From Micrococcus luteus NCTC 2665 (lineage in GTDB: Bacteria > Actinomycetota > Actinomycetes > Actinomycetales > Micrococcaceae), in contig NC_012803.1 of NCBI RefSeq assembly GCF_000023205.1, positions 690,001-722,000 on the forward strand: a DNA stretch of 32,000 nucleotides, in the 5' to 3' direction. Both the position numbers and the translations under genes were made by a program. Each line of letters opens with the position of its first letter. Position 1 is the first letter of the stretch. A model generated the notes under the pieces. It had not been told where the DNA came from. It worked only from the letters and a program-made list of their open reading frames with translations, and ran no database searches. Shown here piece after piece: positions 1-8,134 of the stretch.

Positions 1-1161
1 GGAGGGCACCTGCACGGAGCCGGGCTCGCACACCCGGGAGAGGTCGTTGCGCAGCAGGTCCACGATCATGAGATTCTCGGCGCGTGTCTTGGGGTCGGCG
101 GCGAGCGCGCGGGCCGCCTCGGCGTCCTCGGCCGGGTCGGCCAGTCGGGCGGCCGTGCCCTTGATCGGTTTGGTGCTGTACCGCCCGTCCCGGCCGGAGA
201 GGAAGCGCTCGGGGGAGGCGGAGACCACGGCCCACCGGCGGGCGCCCGTGCCGTGCTCCAGCAGCGCCGCATACGGGGCCGGCTGGTGCGCGGCGAGCTC
301 GTGGAAGAGGACCAGCGGGTCCACGCGCAGCCCGGCGTCGGCGTCGAAGCGGGTGGTCAGGCACAGCTCGTAGGAGTCGCCGGCGTGCAGCGCGGCGCGG
401 CAGCGGGCGATCTGCTCGGCGTATGCTGCCCGGTTCTCGCGCCACGTGCCCGGCGCCTCCTCGTCGGCCCGGGATTCCGGGCCGGCGTTCTCCGGGGGCG
501 GCACGACGGCGTCGCCCGCCGCCGTCTCGAGAGCGCGGCGGGCCGCGGCGAGGGCACGGCGCACGTCCACTGCCCAGCGGTCGACCCCGGCCTCCGCGGC
601 GGTCGGATCGAGGGAGACGACGCAGCAGTGCAGCACCCCGGCCGCATGGTCCGCCACGACGTAGCGGGACGGGCGCACCCAGAACTGCGCGGGCAGGGCT
701 GCGGGGTCCCCGGGTCGACGTGAGGGCGGGGACACCCCCAGATCCGCCAGGCCGAGCTCGTAGCCGAGCCAGCCGACCAGGCCGCCGCGCAGGGGCAGGC
801 CCTCGCCGCCGACCACCGGTCGGGGCGCGGCCGCGGCCGCGAGGTCGGCCCACGCGCGGTCCGGATCGGCGGGGTCGTCGTGCCGGACCAGCCGCGTGCC
901 GGGGGAGGGCACGCGACCCTGCTCCTCGCCGAGCACATCCAGCCCGTCGCCCGCCACGGACCAGCGCGCCTCGGCCGGGTCCGGCAGGGCGGAGTCCAAC
1001 CAGAACGACGCGGCCCCGCGCATGACGGCGTGCGCATAGACCGCGGCCACGGCGCTCGCCGCCGTGTGCCCGGCCGCCGCGAGCGCCGCGGCGTCGAGCG
1101 TGCGCACGGCCACATGCAACGGGGTGGCGGCGGCCTCGGGCGGTGCGGGGGCGGTGGGCAT
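1..1161 (-). CDS. Chorismate-binding enzyme, aminodeoxychorismate synthase (PabB) / anthranilate synthase component I family; 3' end runs off the window
   Basis: Absent from the ORF track because it has no in-window stop. My own minus-strand translation from ATG (cat at 1159-1161) stays open to position 1 with strong GC3 bias. It reads MPTAPAPPEAAATPLHVAV...GDSYELCLTTRF...SPERFLSGRDGRYSTKPIKGTAAR...RAENLMIVDLLRNDLSRVCEPGSVQVP, motifs typical of the TrpE/PabB family. Confidence 0.75.
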   Translation of the reverse strand, partial: MPTAPAPPEAAATPLHVAVRTLDAAALAAAGHTAASAVAAVYAHAVMRGAASFWLDSALPDPAEARWSVAGDGLDVLGEEQGRVPSPGTRLVRHDDPADPDRAWADLAAAAAPRPVVGGEGLPLRGGLVGWLGYELGLADLGVSPPSRRPGDPAALPAQFWVRPSRYVVADHAAGVLHCCVVSLDPTAAEAGVDRWAVDVRRALAAARRALETAAGDAVVPPPENAGPESRADEEAPGTWRENRAAYAEQIARCRAALHAGDSYELCLTTRFDADAGLRVDPLVLFHELAAHQPAPYAALLEHGTGARRWAVVSASPERFLSGRDGRYSTKPIKGTAARLADPAEDAEAARALAADPKTRAENLMIVDLLRNDLSRVCEPGSVQVPS

Positions 1162-1214
1162 GGCCCCCAGCGTAGGGGTCAGCCCCCGCCCGGATCGCTC
1201 CGTACGCTGGCGGC

Positions 1215-2246
1215 ATGCCGTCCGCACCGCCCCGCCGCGCCCTGGTCGCCGCGCTCGAACGCCACCAGGTGGCGCTGTACCTCGCGGGGATCGCCGCGGG
1301 CGCCGTCGTCGGGTGGGCCGTGCCCGGGGCCGACGCGTGGGCGGTGCTCGTCGAGCCGGTCCTCGCGCTGCTCCTGCTGGCGACGTTCCTGGCGGTGCCG
1401 TTCGCCGCGCTGGGCGCGGGCCTGCGGGACGGCAGGTTCCTCACGGCACTGCTGGTCCTGAACTTCGTGGTGGTGCCGGCGGTGGTGTTCGGGCTGAGCC
1501 GGTTCGTGGCCCACGACGACGCGCTGCTCGTGGGCGTGCTCCTCGTGCTGCTGGCCCCGTGCGTGGACTATGTCATCGCGTTCACCGCGCTCGCGGGCGG
1601 GGCGGCCGAGAGGCTGCTGGCGGCGGCTCCGCTGCTCATGCTCGTCCAGCTGGTCGTGCTGCCCGTGCTGCTGCGCGTCGTCGCCGGCGAGGCGGCCGTG
1701 GCCGCGGTCGACGTCGGGCCCTTCGTCCGTGCCCTGGTCATGCTGATCCTGGTGCCGCTCGCGCTCGCGGCGCTGCTCCAGTGGGGTGCGGTGCGCGGCC
1801 GCGGTGGGGTGCGGGACACGGCGGCCGGGGTAGTGCGCGGGTTCACGGCGGCGATGGTCCCGCTCATGGTCGTCACGCTGTTCACGGTGGTCGCCTCGCA
1901 GATCCGCGGGGTGGGGGAGCGGCTGCCCGCGCTGGCCGCCGTCGTGCCCCTGTTCGCGGCGTTCGCCGCCGTGATGGTGGCCCTCGGCGTGGTGGCCGCG
2001 CGGTGGGCGCGTCTCGACGTGCCCGCAGGACGGGCGCTCGTGTTCTCGGGCGTGACGCGGAACTCCCTGGTCGTGCTGCCGCTGGCGCTGTCCCTGCCGG
2101 CGAGCCTGGACCCGGCCCCACTCGTGGTGGTGACGCAGACGCTCGTGGAGCTCGGGGCGATGGTGAGCCTCGTCCGGCTGGTGCCCCGGCTGCTGCCGCT
2201 GCACGGGCAGTCCGCGGGGGCGGGCGCGCGGCGAACCGTGACCTGA
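1215..2246 (+). CDS. Polytopic membrane transporter, ACR3 / bile acid:Na+ symporter (BASS) superfamily (the type often annotated as arsenic resistance protein)
   Basis: 343-aa ORF with about 9-10 hydrophobic segments. Motifs include ERHQVALYLAGIAAGAVVG, LLLLATFLAVPF, RFLTALLVLNFVVVPAVVFGLSRF and LLVLLAPCVDYVIAFT. Overlapping alternative frames are Arg/Gly/Ala-rich junk. Confidence 0.6.
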   Translation: MPSAPPRRALVAALERHQVALYLAGIAAGAVVGWAVPGADAWAVLVEPVLALLLLATFLAVPFAALGAGLRDGRFLTALLVLNFVVVPAVVFGLSRFVAHDDALLVGVLLVLLAPCVDYVIAFTALAGGAAERLLAAAPLLMLVQLVVLPVLLRVVAGEAAVAAVDVGPFVRALVMLILVPLALAALLQWGAVRGRGGVRDTAAGVVRGFTAAMVPLMVVTLFTVVASQIRGVGERLPALAAVVPLFAAFAAVMVALGVVAARWARLDVPAGRALVFSGVTRNSLVVLPLALSLPASLDPAPLVVVTQTLVELGAMVSLVRLVPRLLPLHGQSAGAGARRTVT

Positions 2247-2308
2247 CCGCCCACAATGTTGCCTTTCCGTGACCGGAATCACGGTACCGGGTGGCTATCG
2301 TGGGCGAC

Positions 2309-2539
2309 ATGAGCCTCTCGTTCGTGTCCTCGGCGCGCCGCCGGCGTGGCGGCCTGGCTTCGGCAGCACTGTTCCACCCGCTCGTGGAGGCGGCCACCGG
2401 CGCCCTGCCCGTGATCGACCCGGTGACCGGCCGCCCGGCGGAGCCGGCCGACGCCCGCCCGGGGTCCGGGCACTCGACTCCTGCACAGGGCCCGCAGGAG
2501 TCCCGCGCGTCCACGGAGGCCGGTTCCGCTCGGGGCTGA
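2309..2539 (+). CDS. Small hypothetical protein (76 aa from ATG 2309; ORF opens at GTG 2291)
   Basis: The frame has very high GC3, like neighbouring real genes. It lies between the transporter and dnaG. No recognisable domain. Confidence 0.3.
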   Translation: MSLSFVSSARRRRGGLASAALFHPLVEAATGALPVIDPVTGRPAEPADARPGSGHSTPAQGPQESRASTEAGSARG

Positions 2540-2560
2540 CCGCTCCGCCCCGTCCCTAGA

Positions 2561-4480
2561 ATGGTCCCCATGGCTGGACTGATCGTGCGCAAGGACATCG
2601 ACCTCGTCCGCGAGCGCACGGACCTCAAGGCCGTGGTGGAGGAGTTCGTCACCCTGCGCTCGGCGGGTGTGGGCTCGTTCAAGGGGCTGTGCCCGTTCCA
2701 CGACGAGCGGACGCCGTCGTTCCACGTGCGCCCCGGCGTGGGCACCTATCACTGCTTCGGCTGCGGCGCGCACGGGGACGTCATCAGCTTCCTGATGGAA
2801 CTCGAGCACACCACGTTCATGGAGACCGTGGAGCGTCTGGCGTCCCGGGTGGGGGTGGAGCTGCACTACGAGGACGGCGGCACCGGCCCGGACAAGGCGG
2901 AGACGGGGCGCCGTCGTCGCCTGTTCGAGGCGAACAAGGTGGCGGACGAGTTCTTCCGTCGGGCCCTCGGCTCGCCCGAGGCCCAGGCCGCCCGCGACTT
3001 CCTCACCCAGCGCGGGTTCACACAGGAGCACGCGGCGCAGTTCGGCCTCGGGTACGCCCCGCAGGGGTGGTCGCACCTGCTGGACCACCTCCGGCAGCGC
3101 GGCTTCCGGGACGAGGAGCTGCGCGCCTCCGGGCTGGTGTCCGAGGGGCAGCGCGGCCTGTACGACCGGTTCCGCGGCCGCCTGCTCTGGCCCATCCGGG
3201 ACATGACCGGCGCGACCATCGGCTTCGGCGCCCGCAAGCTCTACGACGACGATCCCGGCCCCAAGTACCTGAACACCCCCGAGACGCCGCTCTACAAGAA
3301 GTCGCAGGTGCTCTACGGCATCGACCTGGCCAAGCGGACGATCGCCAAGGAGCGCCAGCTGGTGCTCGTCGAGGGCTACACGGACGTGATGGCGGCCCAC
3401 CTGGCCGGCGTCGGGACGGCCGTGGCCACGTGCGGCACCGCGTTCGGCGCGGACCACATCAAGGTGGCCCGCCGCCTGATCTCCGATGACGGCACGGGCG
3501 GCGAGGTGATCTTCACCTTCGACGGCGACGAGGCCGGGCAGAAGGCCGCGCTCAAGGCGTTCGACGAGGACCACCGGTTCCTCGCCAAGACGTTCGTGGC
3601 CGTGGAGCCCAGCGGCATGGACCCGTGCGACCTGCGCATGCAGAAGGGTGACGAGGCGGTGCGCGCGCTCATCGCCTCGCGGCGCCCGCTCTTCGAGTTC
3701 GCGATCCGGGCCGGGCTCAAGCACTACGACCTGAACACCGTGGAGGGCCGCGCCGGCGCCCTGCGCCACGCCGCGCCGATCGTGGCGGGGATCAAGGACG
3801 CCGTCCTGCGCCCGGGCTACGAGCGGGAGCTGGCCGGCTGGCTCGGTCTGGACCCGAACGCCGTGCACCGGGCCGTGGCCGCGGCCGGGCGCGCACCGCG
3901 GCGGGGGCCCGAGCCCGAGGCGCGGCCGACCCTGGCGAGCGACGGGCAGGCGGTCGGGCCCACGGGCCGCCACGGGGAGGCTGCCGCCCCGGCGCCGCGG
4001 ATCGTGGTGCCGGTGGACCCGCGTGACCCCGTCGCCCGCCGGGAGCGGGAGTCCCTCGAGGTGGTGCTGCAGCACCCCACCCTGCTCTCCGCGGAGCAGT
4101 GGACCGCGCTGTACGCCGCCCGCTTCACGGTCCCGCAGTACGCCGCCGTCCACCAGGGTGTGAAGGTGGCCGGGTCGGCGGGGGCGACGCCGCAGCGCTG
4201 GGTGGACGCCGTGCGGGATGCCGTGCCCCAGGAGGTGGCCGGCGTCGTGTCCGAGCTGGCGGTCCGCGACCTGCCCGCCCGCACTCCCGAGGATGTGGAC
4301 CGGTACTGCCGGGACATCATGAACCGCCTGTTCGCCCTGCAGATCGTGCACCGCAAGGAGGAGCTGCTCGGGCGCCTGCAGCGGCTCGGCCCCGAGGGCG
4401 ACCCCGCCGAGTTCACCCGCCTCAACAGCGAGCTCATGGAACTGGAGGCGCGCCGCCGGGCCCTCCGAGCCGACGACTGA
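2561..4480 (+). CDS. dnaG: DNA primase DnaG
   Basis: CHC2 zinc finger CPFHDERTPSFHVRPGVGTYHCFGCGAHGDVISF; TOPRIM region LVLVEGYTDVMA ... IFTFDGDEAGQKAA; C-terminal helical domain. An alternative start is ATG 2570 (MAGLIVRKDID). Confidence 0.95.
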   Translation: MVPMAGLIVRKDIDLVRERTDLKAVVEEFVTLRSAGVGSFKGLCPFHDERTPSFHVRPGVGTYHCFGCGAHGDVISFLMELEHTTFMETVERLASRVGVELHYEDGGTGPDKAETGRRRRLFEANKVADEFFRRALGSPEAQAARDFLTQRGFTQEHAAQFGLGYAPQGWSHLLDHLRQRGFRDEELRASGLVSEGQRGLYDRFRGRLLWPIRDMTGATIGFGARKLYDDDPGPKYLNTPETPLYKKSQVLYGIDLAKRTIAKERQLVLVEGYTDVMAAHLAGVGTAVATCGTAFGADHIKVARRLISDDGTGGEVIFTFDGDEAGQKAALKAFDEDHRFLAKTFVAVEPSGMDPCDLRMQKGDEAVRALIASRRPLFEFAIRAGLKHYDLNTVEGRAGALRHAAPIVAGIKDAVLRPGYERELAGWLGLDPNAVHRAVAAAGRAPRRGPEPEARPTLASDGQAVGPTGRHGEAAAPAPRIVVPVDPRDPVARRERESLEVVLQHPTLLSAEQWTALYAARFTVPQYAAVHQGVKVAGSAGATPQRWVDAVRDAVPQEVAGVVSELAVRDLPARTPEDVDRYCRDIMNRLFALQIVHRKEELLGRLQRLGPEGDPAEFTRLNSELMELEARRRALRADD

Positions 4481-4491
4481 CCCCCGCCCGC

Positions 4492-4543
4492 TTTCGTTCG
4501 GGAAACGGCGGCCCCAGGCGCATTTTCGTTCGGGAAACGGCGG
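4492..4543. repeat. Two exact copies of the 20-bp motif tttcgttcgggaaacggcgg (4492-4511 and 4524-4543) in the convergent dnaG/lipoprotein intergenic region
   Basis: Read directly from the sequence. Copy starts are 32 bp apart. Confidence 0.8.
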
Positions 4544-4561
4544 TCCGTCGGCCGTGCGGCG

Positions 4562-5227
4562 TCAGTGCTCGTCGACCGTGAGCACCTCGCCGGACCTGGC
4601 GTCGATCTTGACCTCGGGGCCGTCGGAGCCGTCCTCGCGGTCGAACTCGACCGCCCACTGGAGAGTGCCGTTGTCGTCGTCCAGGTCCATCTCGTCCAGG
4701 GTCACCCCGTCACGGCCCTCCCGGGCGGTGTCGAGGGCCTGCTGGGCGGTGACCTCGGCCTCCTTCGCCTTCTGGACGTCCTCGGGATCCGAGTCGCGGT
4801 CGGTCTCGGTGATGTCGCCGTCGGCGGTGACGTCCAGCTCCTTCACCTCCTCGCCCACCACGACGTCGACCTCCCAGGTCGTGTCATCGTCGTCGGCATC
4901 CACCGCGACGATGATGCCGTCGCCGTGCCTCTCCAGCACCGCGTCGATCACCGCGTAGGCGGGCTCGTCGGCCTGGCCGGTGGCCGAGCCGCCGCCAGCC
5001 GCGGGGGCCGTCGATGAAGCCGGGGCGGAGGAGGCTGACGACGACGCCGAGCCCGACCCGTCGTCCGTGGTGGGGGTGTTCGCCACGGACGAGGAGGCGT
5101 CGACCCCCGGCGAGGCGGAGCCGTCGTCGCCGTTGTCGGAGGTGGTGCCGCAGGCCGCGAGGGCGAGCGAGACCAGCACGCCCGTGCCGGTCAGCGCGGT
5201 CTTGCGCGTGAGGGTCGTGATGGTCAT
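4562..5227 (-). CDS. Secreted lipoprotein with two PepSY-like repeats and a low-complexity Ser/Ala/Asp linker
   Basis: Start MTITTLTRKTALTGTGVLVSLALAACG has a lipobox LAAC. An aaggaga RBS lies upstream on the minus strand. The repeats are AYAVIDAVLERHGDGIIVAVDADDDDTTWEVDVV and AQQALDTAREGRDGVTLDEMDLDDDNGTLQWAVEF...KIDARSGEVL. Confidence 0.65.
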   Translation of the reverse strand: MTITTLTRKTALTGTGVLVSLALAACGTTSDNGDDGSASPGVDASSSVANTPTTDDGSGSASSSASSAPASSTAPAAGGGSATGQADEPAYAVIDAVLERHGDGIIVAVDADDDDTTWEVDVVVGEEVKELDVTADGDITETDRDSDPEDVQKAKEAEVTAQQALDTAREGRDGVTLDEMDLDDDNGTLQWAVEFDREDGSDGPEVKIDARSGEVLTVDEH

Positions 5228-5432
5228 GGTCACGTCTCTCCTTCGGGTCCGTTCCTGATGGTTCTGGGAATGTCCTCGCACCGTAGGCCCGCCGGAGCCG
5301 TGCCTGGCAAGGGCCCGGTCCCCGGGCGTGGGCAGGACGACGACGGCGCCCCGCGGCCGGGTGGCGCGCAGGCGGGTGGCTCTGGTAAAGTTCCATCCGT
5401 TGTCCGAGCGGCTCCGGCGGTTCGCGGCACAT

Positions 5433-5504
5433 TCCCCCGTAGCTCAACGGCAGAGCATTCGACTGTTAATCGAAGGGTTGTTGGTTCGAATCCAACCGGG
5501 GGAG
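5433..5504 (+). tRNA. tRNA-Asn (anticodon GTT), CCA not encoded
   Basis: Manual cloverleaf, 72 nt: acceptor tcccccg/cggggga, D stem gctc/gagc, anticodon stem ttcga/tcgaa with loop ctGTTaa, 5-nt variable loop, T arm gttgg-ttcgaat-ccaac, discriminator g. Confidence 0.9.
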
Positions 5505-5798
5505 CGATCCTGAAGCCCCTGCACCGACCATGTCGGTGTGGGGGCTTCTTCGTGCCTGGAGGATGACCGGGCCGAGCAGTTCCGCCAGCGTGATGTCGAA
5601 GACCTCCGCGATGGTGGCCAGCTCCTCCAACGTAAAGGCCACCCGAGCGCGAAGCCGGTGTGAGATGCCGCTCTGTGAGACGCCGAGCGCCGCTGCTAGG
5701 TCTGCCTGGCGTTTGCCGGAGCGGGCGAGCCAAGCACGCACCTCTGCGGCGACCATCGAATTGAAATCCGAGCCGCTCTCCTCGTTCGAGTTCGTCAT
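5466..5798 (-). CDS. XRE-family helix-turn-helix regulator (repressor-like arm of a divergent switch)
   Basis: MTNSNEESGSDFNSMVAAEVRAWLARSGKRQADLAAALGVSQSGISHRLRARVAFTLEELATIAEVFDITLAELL is a classic HTH_3/XRE layout. Start ATG is cat at 5796-5798. The C-terminal about 30 codons run through the tRNA terminator hairpin and into the tRNA on the opposite strand. Confidence 0.7.
   Translation of the reverse strand: MTNSNEESGSDFNSMVAAEVRAWLARSGKRQADLAAALGVSQSGISHRLRARVAFTLEELATIAEVFDITLAELLGPVILQARRSPHTDMVGAGASGSLPRLDSNQQPFD
5512..5548 (+). terminator. Long hairpin directly after the tRNA: gaagcccc-tg-caccgac cat gtcggtg-tg-ggggcttc, followed by ttcgtg
   Basis: Inverted repeat read from the sequence. 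It sits between the tRNA and the island. Confidence 0.6.
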
Positions 5799-5850
5799 GG
5801 GCAAGACCCTATGGCTCAGGCGAACGACGCACAAGGTCAGAGAAAAAAAG

Positions 5851-5899
5851 TTGCGATGACCGCAAGGCGAGGGCTGGGCAGATATGCGTACAGCGCATA
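5851..5899. promoter_or_regulatory. Divergent promoter/operator region with two related palindromes, TTGCG-N5-CGCAA (5851-5865) and TATGCG-N5-CGCATA (5883-5899); shared core TGCG-N5-CGCA
   Basis: Read directly from the sequence. It lies between the two divergently transcribed XRE genes and is locally AT-richer (agagaaaaaaag at 5839-5850). Confidence 0.5.
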
Positions 5900-5910
5900 C
5901 AGTGTGGGCC

Positions 5911-6153
5911 ATGAGCAATCACACCCGTTGCGTCAGGTCGAACCTGGCAGCCGAAATCAGTAGACGAGACCTAACCCAGGCCCGCGCAGCGGCACTGGCC
6001 GGTCTCACCCCGGACGGTCTTTCCAAGCGGATGTCCGGGCAGGTCGAATTCCGCCTAGGCGAGCTGCTGGAGCTCGCCCGTGTCCTGGGCGTGCCGTTCG
6101 CGACGTTGGTAGCCGGCATCGATGCTGCAGATGAACAGCTGGCCGAGGCATGA
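5911..6153 (+). CDS. XRE-family helix-turn-helix regulator (Cro-like arm); alternative start ATG 5884
   Basis: MSNHTRCVRSNLAAEISRRDLTQARAAALAGLTPDGLSKRMSGQVEFRLGELLELARVLGVPFATLVAG. The stop overlaps the next start (ATGA at 6150-6153). Confidence 0.7.
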   Translation: MSNHTRCVRSNLAAEISRRDLTQARAAALAGLTPDGLSKRMSGQVEFRLGELLELARVLGVPFATLVAGIDAADEQLAEA

Positions 6154-6986
6154 ACGGCTATTCACTTCAGCTGGCCTACACCCCAGAGGCAGCGCGAGAA
6201 GTCACAGACCAGATCAAGACCGGCCTGGAGTCCGTGTACCACCTGATCCGGTCCGCGTATCGGGGGCGGGCTTGGGAAGTTCTGGGGTACCGGAGCTGGG
6301 ACGAGTACGTGACTCGGGAGTTCGGCAACTTGCATCTTCGGCCACCGCTGGAAAAGCGACAGGACATCGTGCTGTCCCTCCGTGAGGTGGGGATGAGTAC
6401 TCGGGCGATCGCGTCCGCGACACAGATCAGTGAGGCCACGGTGCGGCGGGAGCTTAAGCACGCAGGTGCGTCAAAAGACGCACCTGGACGTGCACCGGCC
6501 TCCGTCGTCGGGGTCGACGGGAAGACCTACGAGGCCACGAGGCCCACTCGCATTGGAAACCTCGAGCCCTCCATGGGGGTCCGAGGTGGTCAAAGTGACG
6601 TTGACGCGGTCTTGGACATGCCGGCCGAGGACTTCGGGATCGAGCCGCTGGACTTGGTCCGGCACGACGAGGAACAGAAGGGCCGCGCGCGTCGTGTGCT
6701 GACTGCGTTCAACGGATCGGGTGCGGCCGCGGTGCCAGCGCTGATCAAGGCGGCTACCCCGGTGGCTTCGCTGGTGTCGCCCGCGACGGGCAAGGCGCTG
6801 GTCGAGGACGAGGACCTTCACGGGGTCGTGTGGGACTCGGTGCGGTGCGTGCGGACTCTGGCGCACGTGATCCGTTCTGTGGGGCATGTCGACGGCGAGT
6901 CTCAGGCAGAGATCCGGTCAACGCTTCGGGACGCGGTGGACGACCTGGATGAGGTGCTGAAGAAGATCGAGGAGGGCACGCGATGA
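6150..6986 (+). CDS. HTH DNA-binding protein of ICE/phage type (ParB/KorB-like region without an obvious nuclease domain)
   Basis: N-terminal RAWEVLGYRSWDEYVTREFG, then the HTH GMSTRAIASATQISEATVRREL. Coupled by ATGA overlaps to both neighbours. The family assignment is tentative. Confidence 0.5.
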   Translation: MNGYSLQLAYTPEAAREVTDQIKTGLESVYHLIRSAYRGRAWEVLGYRSWDEYVTREFGNLHLRPPLEKRQDIVLSLREVGMSTRAIASATQISEATVRRELKHAGASKDAPGRAPASVVGVDGKTYEATRPTRIGNLEPSMGVRGGQSDVDAVLDMPAEDFGIEPLDLVRHDEEQKGRARRVLTAFNGSGAAAVPALIKAATPVASLVSPATGKALVEDEDLHGVVWDSVRCVRTLAHVIRSVGHVDGESQAEIRSTLRDAVDDLDEVLKKIEEGTR

Positions 6987-8134
6987 GCGCGCAGCAGATG
7001 TGGGAGGCCCGAACGTCTGGGCCGAAATGGCCGGAAGCCCCGAGCAGCGGCCAGGCTGTCAGGGCTTCCGAAAACGCTCAATCGGAGACGGTGCACATTC
7101 CAAAGAACACGCTGGTCGAGTACTCGAAGGATAGCACCGGTACGCGGCCCACGGGCAGTGGGATTCGGTCGCTTCCGCGCCGGGTCAACCCGAACGATGG
7201 CCGGTTCATCCGGGCCGTGGTGGCCGGGACCGCTGTGGCCGGGCTGGTGGCGTTCTCCATTTCGTTCGCGGCGCTGTACGAGGTCGCGGCGTGGCTGGGG
7301 CTGCCGCCGTTCATGCATTGGGCAGTGCCGGTCTTCATCGATCTGGCGATCCTGGTCTACGCAGGCTCCGTACTGGTGCACGAGTCCCGAGGGGAGTCCG
7401 CGCGGGCGTCGTGGTGGGCGCTGGGGGCGTTCACGGGCCTGTCGATGATCGCCAACGGGGCGCATGCGTGGAGTGCTGAGAACGCGAGCGTGTGGCAGTC
7501 CGTGGTGGGTGCGCTCATCGCAGTGATGGTTCCGGTGGCGGTGTTCGTGGCCACGAATCAGCTGGCGCGGGTCGCAGTGGAGAACCCGGACTCGCGGCGG
7601 GCCGAGCGCGCATCGCAGGTCTCGGAGGAGGCAGAGCAGCTGAAGGCTCAGGCGGAGCTGGATCGTCGGCGCGCGGAGCTGGAGGCCGAACTCGCGGCGA
7701 GCCGCCGGCAGATCGAGGCCCAGCGGCGCGAGGCCGAGCGGGAGGCCGAAGTGGCCGAGGCTCGGCACCGGCAGGAGCTGGAGCGGATGGAGCGTCAGGC
7801 CGAACTCGAGACCGAACGCGAGGCCCGTGAGGTTCAGCAGGCCGTGGTCGAGGAATCGCAGGTCGCCCAGGGGGTCGAGGTCGCCCAGGGGGTCGAGGTC
7901 GTCGAGACCGTGGCGTCGTCAGAGCCGGTCGCCGCAGAGACGAAGACGGTGGAGAAGGCATCGGGTGCGGACATCACCTCATGGATCGTGGCCCGTGCGC
8001 AGGAGGGCCAGGTGCCCTCGGCAGCAGAGGTCGCAGAGAAGTTCGGATGCTCAGAGCGCACCGGGCGTCGCCGCTTGGCTGATGCCCGTGAGACGCACGC
8101 TGAGGCATTCGGGGCCGGGGAGGAGCAGGCATGA
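6983..8134 (+). CDS. DUF2637-like membrane protein with a long Glu/Arg/Ala coiled coil and a C-terminal HTH-like tail
   Basis: Four TM segments (AVVAGTAVAGLVAFSISFAALYEVAAWLGLPPFMHWAVPVFIDLAILVYAGSVLV...). The coiled coil is EEAEQLKAQAELDRRRAELEAELAASRRQIEAQRREAEREAEVAEARHRQELERMERQAELE. An 18-bp x2 tandem (gtcgcccagggggtcgag, 7862-7897) is present. The tail is AEKFGCSERTGRRRLADA. Confidence 0.6.
   Translation: MSAQQMWEARTSGPKWPEAPSSGQAVRASENAQSETVHIPKNTLVEYSKDSTGTRPTGSGIRSLPRRVNPNDGRFIRAVVAGTAVAGLVAFSISFAALYEVAAWLGLPPFMHWAVPVFIDLAILVYAGSVLVHESRGESARASWWALGAFTGLSMIANGAHAWSAENASVWQSVVGALIAVMVPVAVFVATNQLARVAVENPDSRRAERASQVSEEAEQLKAQAELDRRRAELEAELAASRRQIEAQRREAEREAEVAEARHRQELERMERQAELETEREAREVQQAVVEESQVAQGVEVAQGVEVVETVASSEPVAAETKTVEKASGADITSWIVARAQEGQVPSAAEVAEKFGCSERTGRRRLADARETHAEAFGAGEEQA

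Noticed and set aside
1064-2272. 402-aa plus-strand ORF overlapping the transporter gene in another frame
   Set aside because: Its composition is extreme in Arg/Gly/Ala. The 1215-2246 frame gives a coherent multi-TM transporter instead.
2279-4351. 690-aa minus-strand ORF covering the dnaG region
   Set aside because: It is antisense to an unmistakable dnaG. The translation is Arg/Gly/Ala/Pro-rich low-complexity sequence with no motifs, which is typical of a high-GC shadow ORF.
5884-5910. Upstream ATG 5884 as the start of the plus-strand XRE gene
   Set aside because: It is not excluded. However, it lies inside the second operator palindrome, and the extra 9 residues add nothing to the HTH domain. 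ATG 5911 is preferred, with low certainty.
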